This document shows, piece by piece, positions 1 to 14,400 of a DNA stretch of 64,000 nt; position 1 is the first letter of the stretch, and each line of letters begins with the position of its first letter. The notes below the pieces were generated by a model. The model was given only the letters and a program-made list of their open reading frames with translations. It made no database searches and was not told where the DNA came from. The DNA lies in NCBI GenBank assembly GCA_028534125.1, contig CM052817.1, positions 78,556,001 to 78,620,000 on the forward strand. Direction: 5' to 3'. The translations under genes and the position numbers were made by a program. This DNA comes from Lama glama (lineage: Eukaryota).

Positions 1-459
1 TTTCAGTGGCCTGGCCTATGATTGTCTTCTGTCTGGACCTTAAAAGTCAATCATCCTTGCCCTTTCACTTGCATGGAAGGAGTCTTTGATACCATATAAA
101 CATTTTTAAAATAGATGGGCCTCAAAGTAATTCATTCATGAATGATCTTAAAATTCTAAAAATATATTCTCCTATGATATTTCTCCAAGTTTTAAACTAG
201 ACCAGAAGGTAAACTTGATCAAATAGACCTTTTGATAATAAAATATTAAACAGATTCGAAAGTTGGGGAGTGGTGTTGTGACCTAGGCAAGTGATTGAAA
301 TAAAACTATTAACAGCAATTAGAGGAACACTATTAACAGACACGTGACAATGGGATGAAGAAAGTGGTTCAGTTAGATTCAAAGTGTAGGGGCTGGAGCA
401 TGTGGCCATTTGGAAGAAATACTCGTGGTTACCAGTTGTCATTGTCTTACTTGTTGCCA

Positions 460-665
460 AACATTAGACTAGGTGCTTTATATATGCTGTCTCATTCATC
501 CTCACCACAATCTGTGCAACAGAAATTATTCCATTGATCCATTTAACAGATGAAAAAACTAAGGCCCTAAGCAGTTAAATTGCTTGCCCAAGTTCACATG
601 GAAAATAGAAGGCAGAAATGATGTTCAATCAGACTCCAAAGCCTTAGCTCATTCTCCTTTACCAG
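460..665 (-). mobile_element. MIR SINE
   Basis: Reverse-oriented core catttaacagatgaaaaaactaaggc...ttgcttgcccaagttcaca. Confidence 0.7.
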
Positions 666-774
666 TAAAACTAGTATTTTTAACCCTCAGATGGAATGCT
701 GATATAGAAAGCAAATGAAACTTCATGGAAAGCAGTTTGAAACTACTGAATTACTCTAAACAGTGAAAGCTTTC

Positions 775-1212
775 CTTGCACAATAGCATTATTCACAGTA
801 GCCAAAATGTGGAAACAATCCAAGTGTCTGTCAACAGGTAAATGGATGAATAAATGTAGCGTGTACATACCATGGACTAGTATTCAGCCTTTAAAAGGGG
901 TGAAGTTCTGACACATGCTACAGCAGGATGAACCTTGAAAACATTAAGTGAAATAAGCCAGACACAAAAAGACAAGTATTTTGTGATTTCACCTCTATGA
1001 GGTACATAGGAAGAGTGACTTAATACATATTAAAAAAAAGAATAGAGGTTACCAGAGGCTGTGAGTTGGGGACAGATGGGAAGTTATTATTTAATGAGTA
1101 CAGTTTGGGATGATGAAAAATTCTGGAAGCAGACAATGATGGTTGTTACACAACATAGTGAATGTATTTAATGGTACTGAGTTGAACACTTAAGAATGGT
1201 TAAAATGGTAGC
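775..1212 (+). mobile_element. Old L1 3' end (L1MB-like)
   Basis: atagcattattcacagtagccaaaatgtggaaacaatccaagtgtc...tattcagcctttaaaagg...ttaagaatggttaaaatggt. Confidence 0.85.
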
Positions 1213-1431
1213 TCACACATCCATAAAAGTCAGAAGACAGATCCTGAACTTTTCTGGGACTGAGCTGGGATCCATGGATTCAGCTAAGTCTGGGTACAGA
1301 TAATCAAATGACAGAGGACAGACAAATAGCGTATCCATCTACCTGAGAAAGTGCATTCATTTGCCTAAGAATGGCTGAACCTGCTCCCAGATCAACCCAC
1401 ATACAGGACATATGTTACTTTGCTTTCCCAT

Positions 1432-1665
1432 GTGTTCTGGGCTGAATTATGCCGCCCACCCCAATTCATGGGTCGAAGCCCTAATGCCCAGTACCTCAGA
1501 ACATGACTGTATTTAAAGTTAAGACCTTTAAAGGGTGATTAGGTTAAAATGAGACCGTTAGAGTGGGCCCTAATCCAGTCTGACTGGTGTCCTTATAAGA
1601 GGGGGAAATTTGAACACACGAAGAGACACCAGGGAGGCTACAAGTATGAAAACAGCTGAACACGT
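1432..1665 (+). mobile_element. MLT1-type MaLR LTR (partial)
   Basis: tgtgttctgggctgaatt...gggccctaatccagtctgactggtgtccttataagaggg. Confidence 0.8.
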
Positions 1666-2167
1666 GGAAATAGCACATTATCTCAGGCACAATAGGAAAG
1701 ATCTTTTTGAGTATACATTTTTGAATTGGTTAGGATTTTATACAGAAAAAACTTCTAGCCCAGGGCTCTTTGGGGAGGTATCAATTCTCAGCCTGGTGAC
1801 TGCTCTATTTTTGGCTGTTTTCTTCGTTGTGTCTTTCTCCTTTGCTTCCTTCCGTGTGCTCTGAGTTCCCATCAGGGACCACACTCTTTGCTGAGGGGTT
1901 CAAAAGTGAATCTCAGTAAACACAGTTTCTACCCTCAAGGAGCCCCAGTTTAAGTCGTGGAAAGCCAAGAAGGCCACTGACTTCCTGCAGTGAGTTGAAT
2001 CCTGTCTCACAGGGATACAGAGTTCTGTGAGAACACAGACGGGGCATAGCCAGACGAGATGGAGGCGGGCAGGGACTGTCTTCAAGGGGAGGATGCTTGA
2101 GTTGAGTTTCGATGGAAAAATTCATTTATTCATTTACTGACTGCCTATTGGGTATCAGGTATTCTTC

Positions 2168-2345
2168 TACTGTTTCTGAACTTTAGCATGTGTCAGAATC
2201 ACCTGGGGAGGGCTTGTTTAAACACAGATTGCGGCCTGTGGAGGTAGGAGGTCTGCAGCAGTTAGAGAACGTGTGTTTCTGACACATTTCTAGGTGATGG
2301 TGATATTGGTCCAAGACTTGTGTTTAGAGAACCGCTGCTTTAGAG
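2168..2345. mobile_element. MER5A-like hAT DNA transposon remnant
   Basis: tcagaatcacctggggagggcttgtttaaacacagattgc...tttagagaaccgctgctttagag. Confidence 0.7.
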
Positions 2346-3649
2346 CAGTAAGAAGCTGGGGCAAAGACAAGCAGCACCATGGGTCAGGTTGTGCAGTTTT
2401 AGCGTAAAACAAAGGCACCAGCTTGCGCTGTGGGGTAGCAGTTGACTTCGAAATCCAGCCCCTTCTCACTTGCTAAGCCCTGAGGGCTGTGTAAATGTAA
2501 GGGAAAGGCCACCTGTCTGTATTCGTCCACCCAGAAGGGTCCCTTTGTTAAACGTCCGCCTTGTGGGTGTGTCTGCTCAGAGGGACTACTTTTTTGTAAC
2601 TTGCACAGAGGCACGGGGTAAACCAAAGACTGGAAGCGACACACAAAGCAGGATGTGTGAGATAGAACCAGAGGATGCTCAGAGTGCCCAGAACAAAACA
2701 AGTGATGATGGGGATATGGCGCCATGCTGGCCAATCTGACTTCCGTCTGTGGTCTGCTGCACTCAACAACCTTGGTCCTCTTCCACAGAGTCTATGCTAA
2801 AATGTTTCGCCCACCAGGGGACCCTCCCCATCTCATCTTGTCTTGGATTCTCCCGTCACTGTGGACAGCTCTTCAGCTTACCTCTGTAAGGGCCGGGGAA
2901 TGCTGTCAGATTTTAAACAGAGGCCAGGAAAAGGCAAAGAGAAAGGACTCAAAGGACTGATTGAAGGAAATTAATCAGATAATGGCTTGGGCAGAAGATG
3001 GTGAATGAACAGGGACGACCACACAGGACCAAAAAGACTGGTGAAGATGACAGGAGGATCTGCGGGCTCAACATATGAACTTGGGGATTAATGGGAAAAG
3101 ATTAAAGGAAATTACTGGCATGTCAAGTCAAGAAACAACAGCAGAAAAGACGATTAGAGTGCCTGTATTTAGAGTTGACCTGAGAGGATTAAGAACATGT
3201 TGCTTGAGGAGAAAGCGTATTGGGAGAAGCATAGAGTCCTTGGGCGAAACAACATCCTGAATAAAAGATTGAGCTGAGTAAGGAAGAAAGGGAATAGCCT
3301 ATAGACAGAGATTCTCATTTTCAAAATATTTAAAAGAGGCACACAGCCTGCTGGTTATTCGTGGGAGCCGTGCTTGCTGTGCACATCGGAGGTGTCGCCG
3401 CTGCCTGCAGTTATTCACCTACTTCTTTTCCACCGGGCTCTTGGTTTCAGGGAATGTGATTAATGTGTTAAAATAGATTGGGGTGAGAACAAGAAATATT
3501 GAAATTTTAACCTTTCTGTAGTAAAGGCAAAAGGCTTCAAAAAGATTATTTATGGTCCTCTAGACAGTGCTTTGTTCAGACTTTCTGTGGCCCAATAGAG
3601 ACTCTTCTCTGTGTTGTCCAATTACCGTGCAGGTAAAATCGACCGTCCG

Positions 3650-3828
3650 CTAAGTATCTCCCCCGAAAAAGCTCAGCACGCAGCAGGGCCCTGGGAGGGA
3701 TTGTTACAACACCCTCTGGAGGGTCTGATTCAACTTTTACGGTGTTGACCTGAGAATTTGCATTTCTAACAAGTTCCCGGCTGCTACTGATGCAGCTGCT
3801 GTGGGAGCCACACTTTGAGAACTACCAT
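3650..3828. mobile_element. MER5A-like hAT remnant
   Basis: cctgagaatttgcatttctaacaagttccc...ccacactttgagaactac. Confidence 0.7.
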
Positions 3829-6828
3829 CTGTAAACATTAATAATGTCATTTCTTACAGGGAGGAAATCAGTGTCTAAAGGCCCAGATTCACAGCTGTTG
3901 GACGGCCCATGGAACATTGTGGTAAAGCCCCTGAGTTAATACAACACCCAAGGAAATGTGGGCACCTCTCAATCTGCCATAAAGAGCTATATTGCCAGTT
4001 TTGCCCAGTTTTACTAAAGATCTCATACCCAAAGTGACAGGTGCAATATGGAAGTGTTTCATAAATTTGACCTCCATGGGTGAGAGTCCATTATAATGTC
4101 AAGCAAGGCTGCTTGGGTCATACTGAGTAAATGAAGGATGTGAACACTGTAGACAAGTTTGTTTTGAATTTTCTATTCAATGACAAAAGGATTTCCTAAA
4201 GGTAAATGTGAGAGCATGTTATTTGTTCCAGTCGTAAGTCAGAGCAAAATTTATGCTACATTCATCTTTGAACGTGCCACTCCGTATTTAAAGAACATTG
4301 TCAGCTGGAAACAAGCACAAAGAGAATAGCTGAGAATAGACTTCCTGGTGATGTCCACAGGCAGGTCTGGGAGCCCATATGCATCTTAAATCAAAAGAGC
4401 CACCACTGAGATTCAGACACTGCTCAGCATTATTTAAACACTCCTAGATTAAGTGGCTTATTTAGCCCCAAATAAATCACTGAAATAATTGGAAGCAGGA
4501 AGAGCTTTTGCTAACTGTCCTTCTTTCTTTGACGGCTGCACACATCTCTTCAGTAAACTGGTTTTACCCAATGAAATGACAAGGGGTTTAGAACTACTAT
4601 GGAATATGGTCAAATTAGTGAACCAGTAACACCATTGGTTCCAAAAATAAAAATGTGTAGGCACAGAATAAGCATCGTAGGAAAACATTACCAAATCTTA
4701 TTAGGAATGCTGTTGGAAGTCGCTCTGATGGGAGGGTGGAGCCCAGTTCCTTTAAGAGGAAGGTTGGGACAATTGAGTTCACTCTCAGCTCCTCTCATTA
4801 AAAGGGACTTAAATGAAGACTCCTGACTGCGAAGGGGAGGCCAGCCAGGCTGGGTGAAGAGGAGGCTTCTGCTAACAAGCCTGGTATGGGGCCTCACACA
4901 GAAAATCAGCACAATGGACTTCTTTTGTTGCTTCCACATGGCCTGATGTAGGACAGAGAAGGCCCTGATGGGTTAGTTAGGGATATCCCCTTTGAGGGCG
5001 CCCTAGAAAAGGAGCCAGATGGTGAAATAAAGACCAGCTGAGATCAGTGTGACGGAGGCTCCACAGCACCTTTAGCTGTGGCTCTGTTACGCCAGGAGAA
5101 AATGTGTCTGTTCCCTTTCTAGTTAGATGCTCTGCTTGTGTGGTGTGGGTGGCTCAAACGTGCTCCTATAAATGCAAAATGCCAAGACCAATGCAGAGTG
5201 TTGTTTTACCTGCACACACAAAGGCTCCCCAATTAGCCCACTTCCCGTGACGTAAGTATTTTGTTGGTTGCCATTTTACGTTCTGCCTCTGGGGAGGAGC
5301 TGGGCAACCATAAATCCCAGATGGGCTGGTTGGGAAAGACTTACTCTAACCCACTTTAGTCAAGCAGCTCATGCTCTTTTAGGTACTTGCAATGTGCTCA
5401 GCACCCTCATGTCCTCGGCATCTGTGAGTATTCGGGCTTCGCAACAAAGAGGAGAACCTGGTCCCTACAGTTTATTCCCCGCTGCTTGGCCTTCAGATAG
5501 TGTTCTTATCGTGAGTGAGTCCAAAGGAAAGGTCAGATTCAAAACTGGACAGTCACTATTGCAAGACTGTTTTCACAAGGAAAGTCTGAGGAAATCGCTC
5601 ATGAATTGGTTTCTCCCTCATACACCAAATGGTGTTATAAAAAGTGCTGTGAAACCCAACGGGATAGAGCCTGGAGAAAGAGCTGCAGGATGGAGGCCTT
5701 GGAGGCTGGAGATGATACGAATGGCAAAGAAAATTTGCAGAGTTCACCTTTGTGTTGTCATGATTTTTGTTGCTTTGAAGGGATTCCCTTCAGAGATTTG
5801 TTTATTGCATCAAAGCAAGACAGCTGACTTTTCAGAATATCTATTATCTACACTGACACTGGCTCTTCAGTTTGCCAAACAAGAATTCTTGCCATATGTT
5901 TGGCATCTGTAAAGTAGCTTTTCTCCGTATCTTCAATCAGTGCCAAAAGTTCAGTGATCCTTCGCCACTTCATTACAAAGCCCTGGTGGTTTCGTCTTGG
6001 TCCTGCTGCGTAGTATTGTGTTCAGTTAGCTAACGTGTTTCCCTTTTGCTTTCATTTCAATTGTACTTAAATGAAAAACTTATTGTTGACATTGGTTATT
6101 TTCAATTGTTAAACAGTGCTCAACTTTTGGGGGGTCAGTTTTAGGAATTTTATGTGTGATTCTGTTTGGGGAAAGACACATACTGAGTCATGGCAGTCAT
6201 GACATTGTTTATGGCGCAGGTCGACTGCTTCTCAAAACCCAGGCGTTGTTATTAATCTTGCTCTAGACAAGCCTAAGTATCTACAAAGGAAGACCACCAC
6301 CACCGCCACGGCCAACAGCAACGACACACTAGCTAGGGGATGGGGAAGTTTCAAGAGAATGAGCTAAAAACAGACAAGGTATTCCAATAAGTAGATTCTG
6401 GAATGGAAAAACAAAAACCCTTATTGAAAAGAAAAACCAAACCTTGCGACCAAGAGTCCTGTGGAGGCATGCGCGTGCATATGGCTTTCTTTTCATACTT
6501 CAAAATCTCACTTTAAGCACTGAGATCTTAACTTTTTGTTGTTAAAGCCATTTCTAAGGATATCTGAAAAGACTTTTGGGTGGAGTCTTTAGCACTAATA
6601 AAATTCAGAATGTCAGGATCACGCTGTCTTTCCAGTCGGTCCACCATAGACTTTCTCAGTATGGTTTTGGTCAGCTGTACAACATGGGCTGGAGAGGTGA
6701 GCCCCTGAGAGCACCCTCTGCCCCGAACCTCTAGCTGCTACGTGAGCAAGCTTTCCCACTGACAGGACTTCTGCTGAAGGGAAGGCAAGTCCAGCTGGAG
6801 GCTTGCTCAGAAGCTGTGTGCTCACGGG

Positions 6829-7198
6829 ATGTCTGAGTCCATTTGAGCTGCTAAAATACCACAAACTGAGTGGCTTATAGACAGCAAAGATTTCTTTCTC
6901 ACAGTTCTGGAGTCTGTACGTCCAAGACCAGGGTGCCAACGTGCTTCGATTCTGGGGAAGGCCCTCTTCTGGGTTGCAGAACTTCTTGGCCTACTTCTTC
7001 TGGGTCCTCACCCTCACACTGTAGGGAAGTGAGCTGGCTCTCTAAGGCTTCTTTAATAGGGCACTGATCCCATTCATGAAGGCTCTGCCCTCGTGACCTA
7101 ATAGCCTCCCAAAGGCTCCACCTTCTGATAACATTATCTTTGGCATTAGGTTTTCAACGTACGAATTTTGAGGGGACATAAAGATACAGACCATAGCA
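6829..7198 (-). mobile_element. MLT1A-like MaLR solo LTR
   Basis: tgtctgagtccatttgagctgctaaaataccacaaactgagtggctta...ctcacagttctggag...cagaccatagca. Confidence 0.8.
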
Positions 7199-7224
7199 CC
7201 AGAGTATCTTTAAGTCAGCAAGGA

Positions 7225-7670
7225 ATACTCACTTGAATTGTGCCCCCCAACCCCATCCATATGTTGAAGTCCTAACTCCCAGGACCTCATAATATGACTT
7301 TATTTAAAAATAGGATTATTGCAGATATAATTAAAATTAGGATGAACTCATACTGGAGTTGGATGAACCCCTTTTCCAACATGACTAGTGTCCTTATAAA
7401 AAGGAGAAATTTGAACACAGATATGCATATAGGGAGAATGCCATGTGCGGAGGAGGCAGATATGGAGTGAATGTTCTGTAAGTGGAGAAAGCCAGCGATG
7501 GCCGGCTAATCACCGTAAGCTAGGGGAGAGGCATGGAAAAGATTCTTTCCCACAGCCCTCAGAAGGAACAACCCTGCTAACACCTTGATCTCGGACTCCT
7601 AGCCTTCAGAACTGTGAGACAATAAATTTATGTTACTTAAGTAGCCCGGACTGTGGTCCTTCACTACTTA
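7225..7670 (+). mobile_element. MLT1B/C-like MaLR solo LTR
   Basis: ttgaattgtgcccccc...tgtccttataaaaaggagaaattt...gccttcagaactgtgagacaataaattt. Confidence 0.8.
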
Positions 7671-8244
7671 GTCAGGTCCAAGCCTGCTAAGAAATTTCTG
7701 AGGCAGTCTTATAGGAGGGTGTCACCTCGGCAGGGGTTTTTATTTTCTGGTTTCTCCAGACCTTGGAAAAATTTTGTGAGGAACTCTAGGCTGAAACTGT
7801 TTACCAGACCAGGGCCAAGGTTGAGGAGGAATGCTCTTTTTCTTTATTCCTTCAACTCCTGCAGTTGCCCAATAGCCTAGTTTGTGGGGGGATCCCAGGA
7901 GCAGGAGCTGTGCACAGAACTGTGGAGGCTCGTTGCTCTGTGTATGATTTCTTCAGGAATTTTGAATTAAATAGTCATTGATCTGACCCTCAAGTTTTGC
8001 TACCAGATTAGCTAATCTAAGTATGTTTTCAGTTTCCAGCTAGAGAACAGAAAAGTTAAGTGGGATTTGAGTTGATGTGGAAATATACTTACCTCTTACA
8101 TGTTAGATTCACACTGCATTAGAATGAATTCAAATTAACTTTAATATTACTACTGTTTATAATAATGTTCAACACTACCATGTTTATGCCATGGTGGTAA
8201 AGCAGTTTCTGAGGTTTTGCTGAAACGTGACCACCGTTAATAAC

Positions 8245-8460
8245 AACTGTTTTTTGAATGCCTACTGTATGCCAGGTGATTTACGTATATTATCAATCAC
8301 CCAAAAACTCTTGTCAGAGATGTAAATCTGCAGTTAAGACATAGGGACTCTGTGGCAAAAAAAAAAAAAAGACCTAGTAAATTGCTTAAGATTGTCCAGG
8401 TAGTAAGTGGAAGAGATAGACTCAAATTTAGGTCTGTCTAACTCCAAATCCCATAAGTTT
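8245..8460 (-). mobile_element. MIR SINE
   Basis: ttgaatgcctactgtatgccagg...ctcaaatttaggtctgtctaactccaaa. Confidence 0.6.
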
Positions 8461-11400
8461 CCGTGACATTGTGTTATTATTTTGGTTTTTTTTCTTTAAG
8501 AAGGAACATTATTTTAATGTATTTAGAAACAATAACATCTTTTTATTTTAAAATTTTGCAAGGCAGAATAGGAACATATTCAATCATAAAAGTAAGTTTG
8601 CTCTCTCAAACCTCAGGAAAATAATGGATGCCTTTCCAAAGGAAGCTGCCATTCCTCCATTGGCTTTGCAGAGCATTCATTTACAGAATTTAATTTTTTC
8701 TAGATTCCAAGTGACAAATATTCCAGTTTTAAATAAAATTACTTTCTGCATCTTCTACATTTATTACACTAATTTTAAAATATACTAATTAGTTGATGGA
8801 CATTGAACTAAGGAATTTTCAGTCTAGTAATTACATTAAGTGGTGGCACCTACTGACGATGAATGATACTGCAGTCTAACATCATTAGAAACCAATTCTC
8901 AAGACTTGAATATAGGAAGAAACTGTTTTGTTAGGTTTTAAAACTACAGAATGCATCTTCCTGGGGAAATATGCTATGTCTAGACTATCAGCAGTTACAG
9001 AGCATGCATGTCACAGTTGTCTGACATCTCAGTTTTATTCCAACTTTATATATAAAAACAAATAAATACTGTGACTTAGCACAATTAGCCTGAATTTTTT
9101 TTTTTATCTATGATGGAAATCTTCCAAAACTGTCTATATTTCAAACATGTTCATTCCATGTTCTTCGGTGGAAAACTTTTAGAAATATTGGGTCTAGCTC
9201 ATTCCCTTTGTGCCAAAGATGAGTCTTGTTCCAGCACTGGGTCTAGGCTCAAAGACGAGTTCAGGGAAGACAGAGTTCTAGACTCTTACTCTTCATACTT
9301 TTCATCTGAATTCACCACAGGATCCCCATTTGTGTAGTATATACCCAATCCAAATAGAAAAAATGTTAAATTTGGAAATCACAAACATACTGTCAAAAGA
9401 ATTTGGGGAATGTGAGAAGTTCCATAACCTTGGAATCACTGAAAATTGGTAGCGATGGTAGAATTAAAATCTACCATGTGAGAAATTCTGCAAGTTTTTA
9501 AAGGACTGTGAGCAACTTCTAGTAAGTCCAACAGCAAGCACAATTTCAAACCTGATAATCAGTCTCTTTTTGCTGGAAGTTTTAAAATTCACTTCTACTT
9601 GGAGTTCTTGGTTAGAAATATACCTTTAATTTTATCATGTAAGACAACAAATAAATTACCAACATTAGCTGCAAAACACAGTCAACATCCTGAAACACAT
9701 CTATTATATATAAAGAAAGATACTCAAATTTAGGCAGAATTTTTAAGTTCAAAGAATAGCTTTATAAAACTGAAGAATGAGACTATTTTTATTTGATTTA
9801 CAGCTGGTTAGATGTCCAGATTTTTTTCTCATACATGTCTTTGTGTTCTACTTTGCTCTGTCAGACACCAAAGGGACTTAGGTGTAGCCTAACAATAGGC
9901 AGGTCACTTCAAAATTGCCAAGTGATTGCTCAGAATGACATCATAGACCGAGGCTGGCAGAAGTAAGCACTGAAAATAGGTACGGATACATTACTCTAGC
10001 AAATAGCCAAGCCTGCCTCAGATATGTGCACATTGGCTGCTACCATGTTGCTGAAGAGACATGCATTTGGCTTTTATTCAAAGTGACTTGGTCAACATGG
10101 AAACTTTATTGTTGCACATAATTAGTGTTTCAGAGGTAGGGAGGCTCCAGGGCTTGTTAATTCAGCAAATCAAGAAAGCTATTAAATATTCTGAGTTATT
10201 CTTTTCGTTCTATCATCCTTGCCATCTTGGACAGGCTCTGTCATGCTTGCAAAATGATTACACATCACATCCATTCCTCCCATCATCCGCGGCTGTGTCT
10301 TCCTCGTCAGGATCTGTAACACCCATTCTCAGAGTGTCCTTCCTTCTCCGTACTTCTAGCCTGTCCCATCCACTGAAGTTAATCCCGTGTCTTTGAGTGA
10401 TATGTGACAAGATAACCCTTTCTCTGTTTGGTCTACTTTTTTAATAAGCATAATATATCTGAACTTAACAGAGAATTATCACTTTTTATGCCTCTGTCTT
10501 GCAGAGGTTAATCTTTGGATGGACTTCTGATTTTTGGTTAATTCTATTTATGTTCTCTTTCTCAACATGCCTTAAAATCTTCCCAAGGTGAGAACAGTTC
10601 ACAATGTGAGGCTTGTTACTTGCAAGCTTCACATGAAAAGATGTGAAAGGTCGTACAGTAAAAGGTGGGTTGGACAAAGGGTTTCCTGCAGTTACGAGGA
10701 CAGGAAATCCCTCCCTGCACAGCTCTTGCTTTCCTCCTACCAAGCACCCTCTGGGAAATGTCACCCAAGAGAAATCTCTTTAACCAACACAGTAAGCAAA
10801 GGGAGTTAACATATGTTGATCACCACCCAAGTGCCAAACTTCACATATTTGATATGATTTAATTTTTTTAAAAAAAATCTTAGATTATTTTCTTGTCCCT
10901 CTTCAGTTATGAGAACTGAGGGTCATTAACTTACACACACTTGCTCATGTTCATACCTGAGGCAATCAGGAGCGGAATCCTTACTTGCCTCCAAATCCTT
11001 TGCTCTTTCTACAAAATTTTCTACAAAATTTGCTCACTTAGTACATTCTTATTTGATAAAACAAAATTTCTAGCAGGACTTCAGATAAAAGCCCTCAATT
11101 ACTTCTATTGGTAAAAAATCCTTATTTTTAACCTGACAATTTTTTTCATTTTTCTGGAAAGCAATAGGTAGAGGGTACAGGAGATAGATGCTAAATTATT
11201 TGGTAATGAAACAAGAATTAGAATTAATGTTCCAAGGTAAATTAAAAGTTTGCCAAATATTGGTAGTGGTAATTTTGTCTGAAAAACATGATAAAATTGG
11301 AAAATAATTAAATTTATGATTATAACATGAATTTATGTCAGAAACATTGGCTCTCTACTCCCTATATTTAAAAAAATTCATTTTAACTTTGTAAATTTTC

Positions 11401-14400
11401 TTGGTAATGAATCTGTGTTCTAGGATTAACTTTAATGCTTAATAGTAAATATAGACTTCAGTCATAGTGTAGAGCCTTATTAAATTAGGAATAATATAAA
11501 GTAAATAAAAGGCTAGTTGTCTTTTTGGGAAAAATGGGTCTACATTTTGCTGATTATTGAAATATTAATACATAATATTACATTATATGTATAATAATAC
11601 CCATAATTATATGTAATAATAATATACAATGATATATTTTGATTAAAAAATTTACAAAATTTTACTAGAATACTTAAATATTATATTTTGCTCAATTTAA
11701 ATTACCAAATTTTGATTGCTGCCTGTGATTTATAGAAGGTAGATGATACTTCTAGAGACCTTGAAAGACTAAGGAATAGGTTGGAAATTAAAAGGAGCTT
11801 CAATCTCCCCCCAGCTTCAATGCATTCTCCCCACAGCTGCTAGAATAATTTTCTTTAGACAATGGAAAGAATAGAACTGGCCTCTCTTTCTTTTGTGTCA
11901 CCTATCACGCCACACACACTACAGTTTGGTGCAAACAAAAGAAATTTCTAGTACATGACATTGTACTAGAATGTAACATCGAAAATAGATCATTGATGAA
12001 GATGAGAGTTAGGATATGTGTAGACTTGACCAATTGTCCAAAGATGTACTGATTCACAGAAAATTTTGAAGCCATCGGGAATTTTACCTTAACTTCTCTT
12101 TGAGGAACTACTTTGTATTTGAAGCAACATCTTGCTGCAGAATGAGCTGAAATTTTTATAAGCTAGGGTTTAACTTGGCTGGAAAGAAACACCACCTGAT
12201 TTTTTAAAGCAGAACTCATCTGGTATAGCTCTTCCACAAAGGAATTCCATTTCCTATGATTTATTTATTAACAACCTACTAAAATGTAAATTATCAGTTA
12301 TATGCAAGCAGGCACTTCATTGAAAGAAATCAGGAAATTAGACATGGGCTTTGGTGGTTTTATTTCATTGGAACTTTTCTCAAAGTTGCCTCATTTAAAT
12401 ACCTTCTTAAGGGGCTTTGTAAGATTTCAGAGGAAATTCAAATGAATAATGATATCTTATATTTTATTGTAGTGTTTTCCACTTTAATGTGTATTAAAAT
12501 GTACTGTGCAGTGATCCAAGGTAATATTTTGTAAGATCGGCAAGAATAACATTTGAATTGTTTAACTACTCTGATTATATTGGATCTGATTATGTTATTA
12601 TAAGGCTACCATCAGTTCTACTTTCCACTTTAAAAGATATAATAAAAAAATGTATATGTATATGTATGTGTATGTGTATGTAAGTTCCTCAGAAGACCCT
12701 TGGCATAAGCTCTGAGCTTTAACTCCACATTTGTGATTAAGATTCTTTTGTAGGTTAGAGCAACTAACTGACTTAAAAGAATTGATTGGAGAGATACTAG
12801 ATTACTCAGATGAATAACAAACAGGGAAGTTGTAGAACATGGTCAGTCTTCAAGGCCAAGGCAGCAACCACTGCCTCCTGCTGACTTGAAGTCAAAGTTC
12901 TGGCAAAGGAGCATCCAGCTGGCCTGGTTCAGATCATCTGGTTGCCTGTCCCTTGCCTAGGAGAGGACAGGATACTCCTCTTGGAGAGAGGGTAAGACCT
13001 CAAGGACACATTTGAAAAATAAGTGACCATCATTATACTCATGACAGAGGGGTAAAGGTTTGTTGCTGCTGACAAGAGGAAGAGAGTTGGAAGTTGGAGT
13101 AAAGGTCAGAGACTAAACATTAAGTGTAAAAAGGCAGAAGAGAAAGTAAAAATAAGAATAACAAGGCAAAGCTGTGGCAGAGGGCAAGGCAGGATGCACA
13201 AACACTAGATAGGAACCTGCAGCGGGGAGCTGCAGATGCAATTCTCACTACCCCACAATCTTCAGGACAGCCACACAAACCATGAGAAACTTGCTGCAGG
13301 GATGCGATTACTTATGGATCCTCTGAAAGTTTCTGAATTTCACATCCAGGTTTCCATCTGGGCTGATGTGAGGTTTGGAGGTCATGGTGAGATAGTAAAA
13401 TGAAGATGGCAAAACAGAGATGGCAAGCCATCTCAGAGGGTCCGGAAGGCCCTGGGTAGTGTGTGGAATGCTTACTCTGGGAGAATCTGAAATTCACAGA
13501 GGTTGAGTAGTTTAGTCAAACTCACAGAGTTACTGTGCTGCATGCCAGAGTTATAAACATAACTAGGGTACCACTCTCTAGGAACAAGCAGACAAGCACA
13601 TAAACCAATAGTTTATAGAACAGTGTTACTAGCATGATGGTGGTAAATGTATGCAGCAGGTGTGGTTGGGAGCACAGAAGGGGAAATGAGCAAGTGCCTC
13701 AGGGGAGACTTCTCTGAGGGAAGCTCTCTATGAGGGCGGGAAGGATGCCGCTGACTTGGCAGTGGAGGATGCTGGAGGAAGACCTGTTTGGTTGTGTGTT
13801 GTCTTGGAAGCCATAATAAGGATTTGTGCACTATTCTACAGGCCACTGCTTTTTAAGCTTTTAAAACAGGGCACAACTTTGGTCAAATGAATTCTTAAAT
13901 GGAGTTCTAACCTCCACGACCAAAGGCAGGGAAGCTTCTCTGTGGATTTCTGGTAGGTCCAGAGCCCTGCGCACTTGCCTCTCCATCACCCCTAGTGGTG
14001 ACTCTTAGGACTGCTCCAGGCGACTTCATAGAAACAGTTTCAGAAACCAGAGCCCCTGCCAGTTTTACTGGGCTGCCAAAGTATCTGACTCATTATTCGA
14101 AATTTATTATTTCCATTTCCCTCCCCTCCTATCTTCTGTGAGTGTATGGGAGCTGTACACAGATTTGTTTTTTCACCAACACAAATTCTATTCCCACACT
14201 GTCTCCTTAGAAGACGTAAGCAATTACAAAGAGTGTTGGTTATAAATAAAAATCTTTTGCACACACTATAATAGTGTCCTCACTGGTCTCCTCCAGTTTT
14301 TTATGGCACAGTCAGGTGCATTTGAGGGATGCTGGGGAAAGCAGTGGCTGGGTGTCTGGGGTAGCTCAGTGTGGAATCGGAACAGCCTTGAGATGATCCA

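Noticed and set aside
5268..5912. Longest ORF in the track (214 aa, + strand)
   Set aside because: It starts at TTG, has no recognisable domain or exon context, and can arise by chance in 64 kb; a homology search would be needed to revive it.
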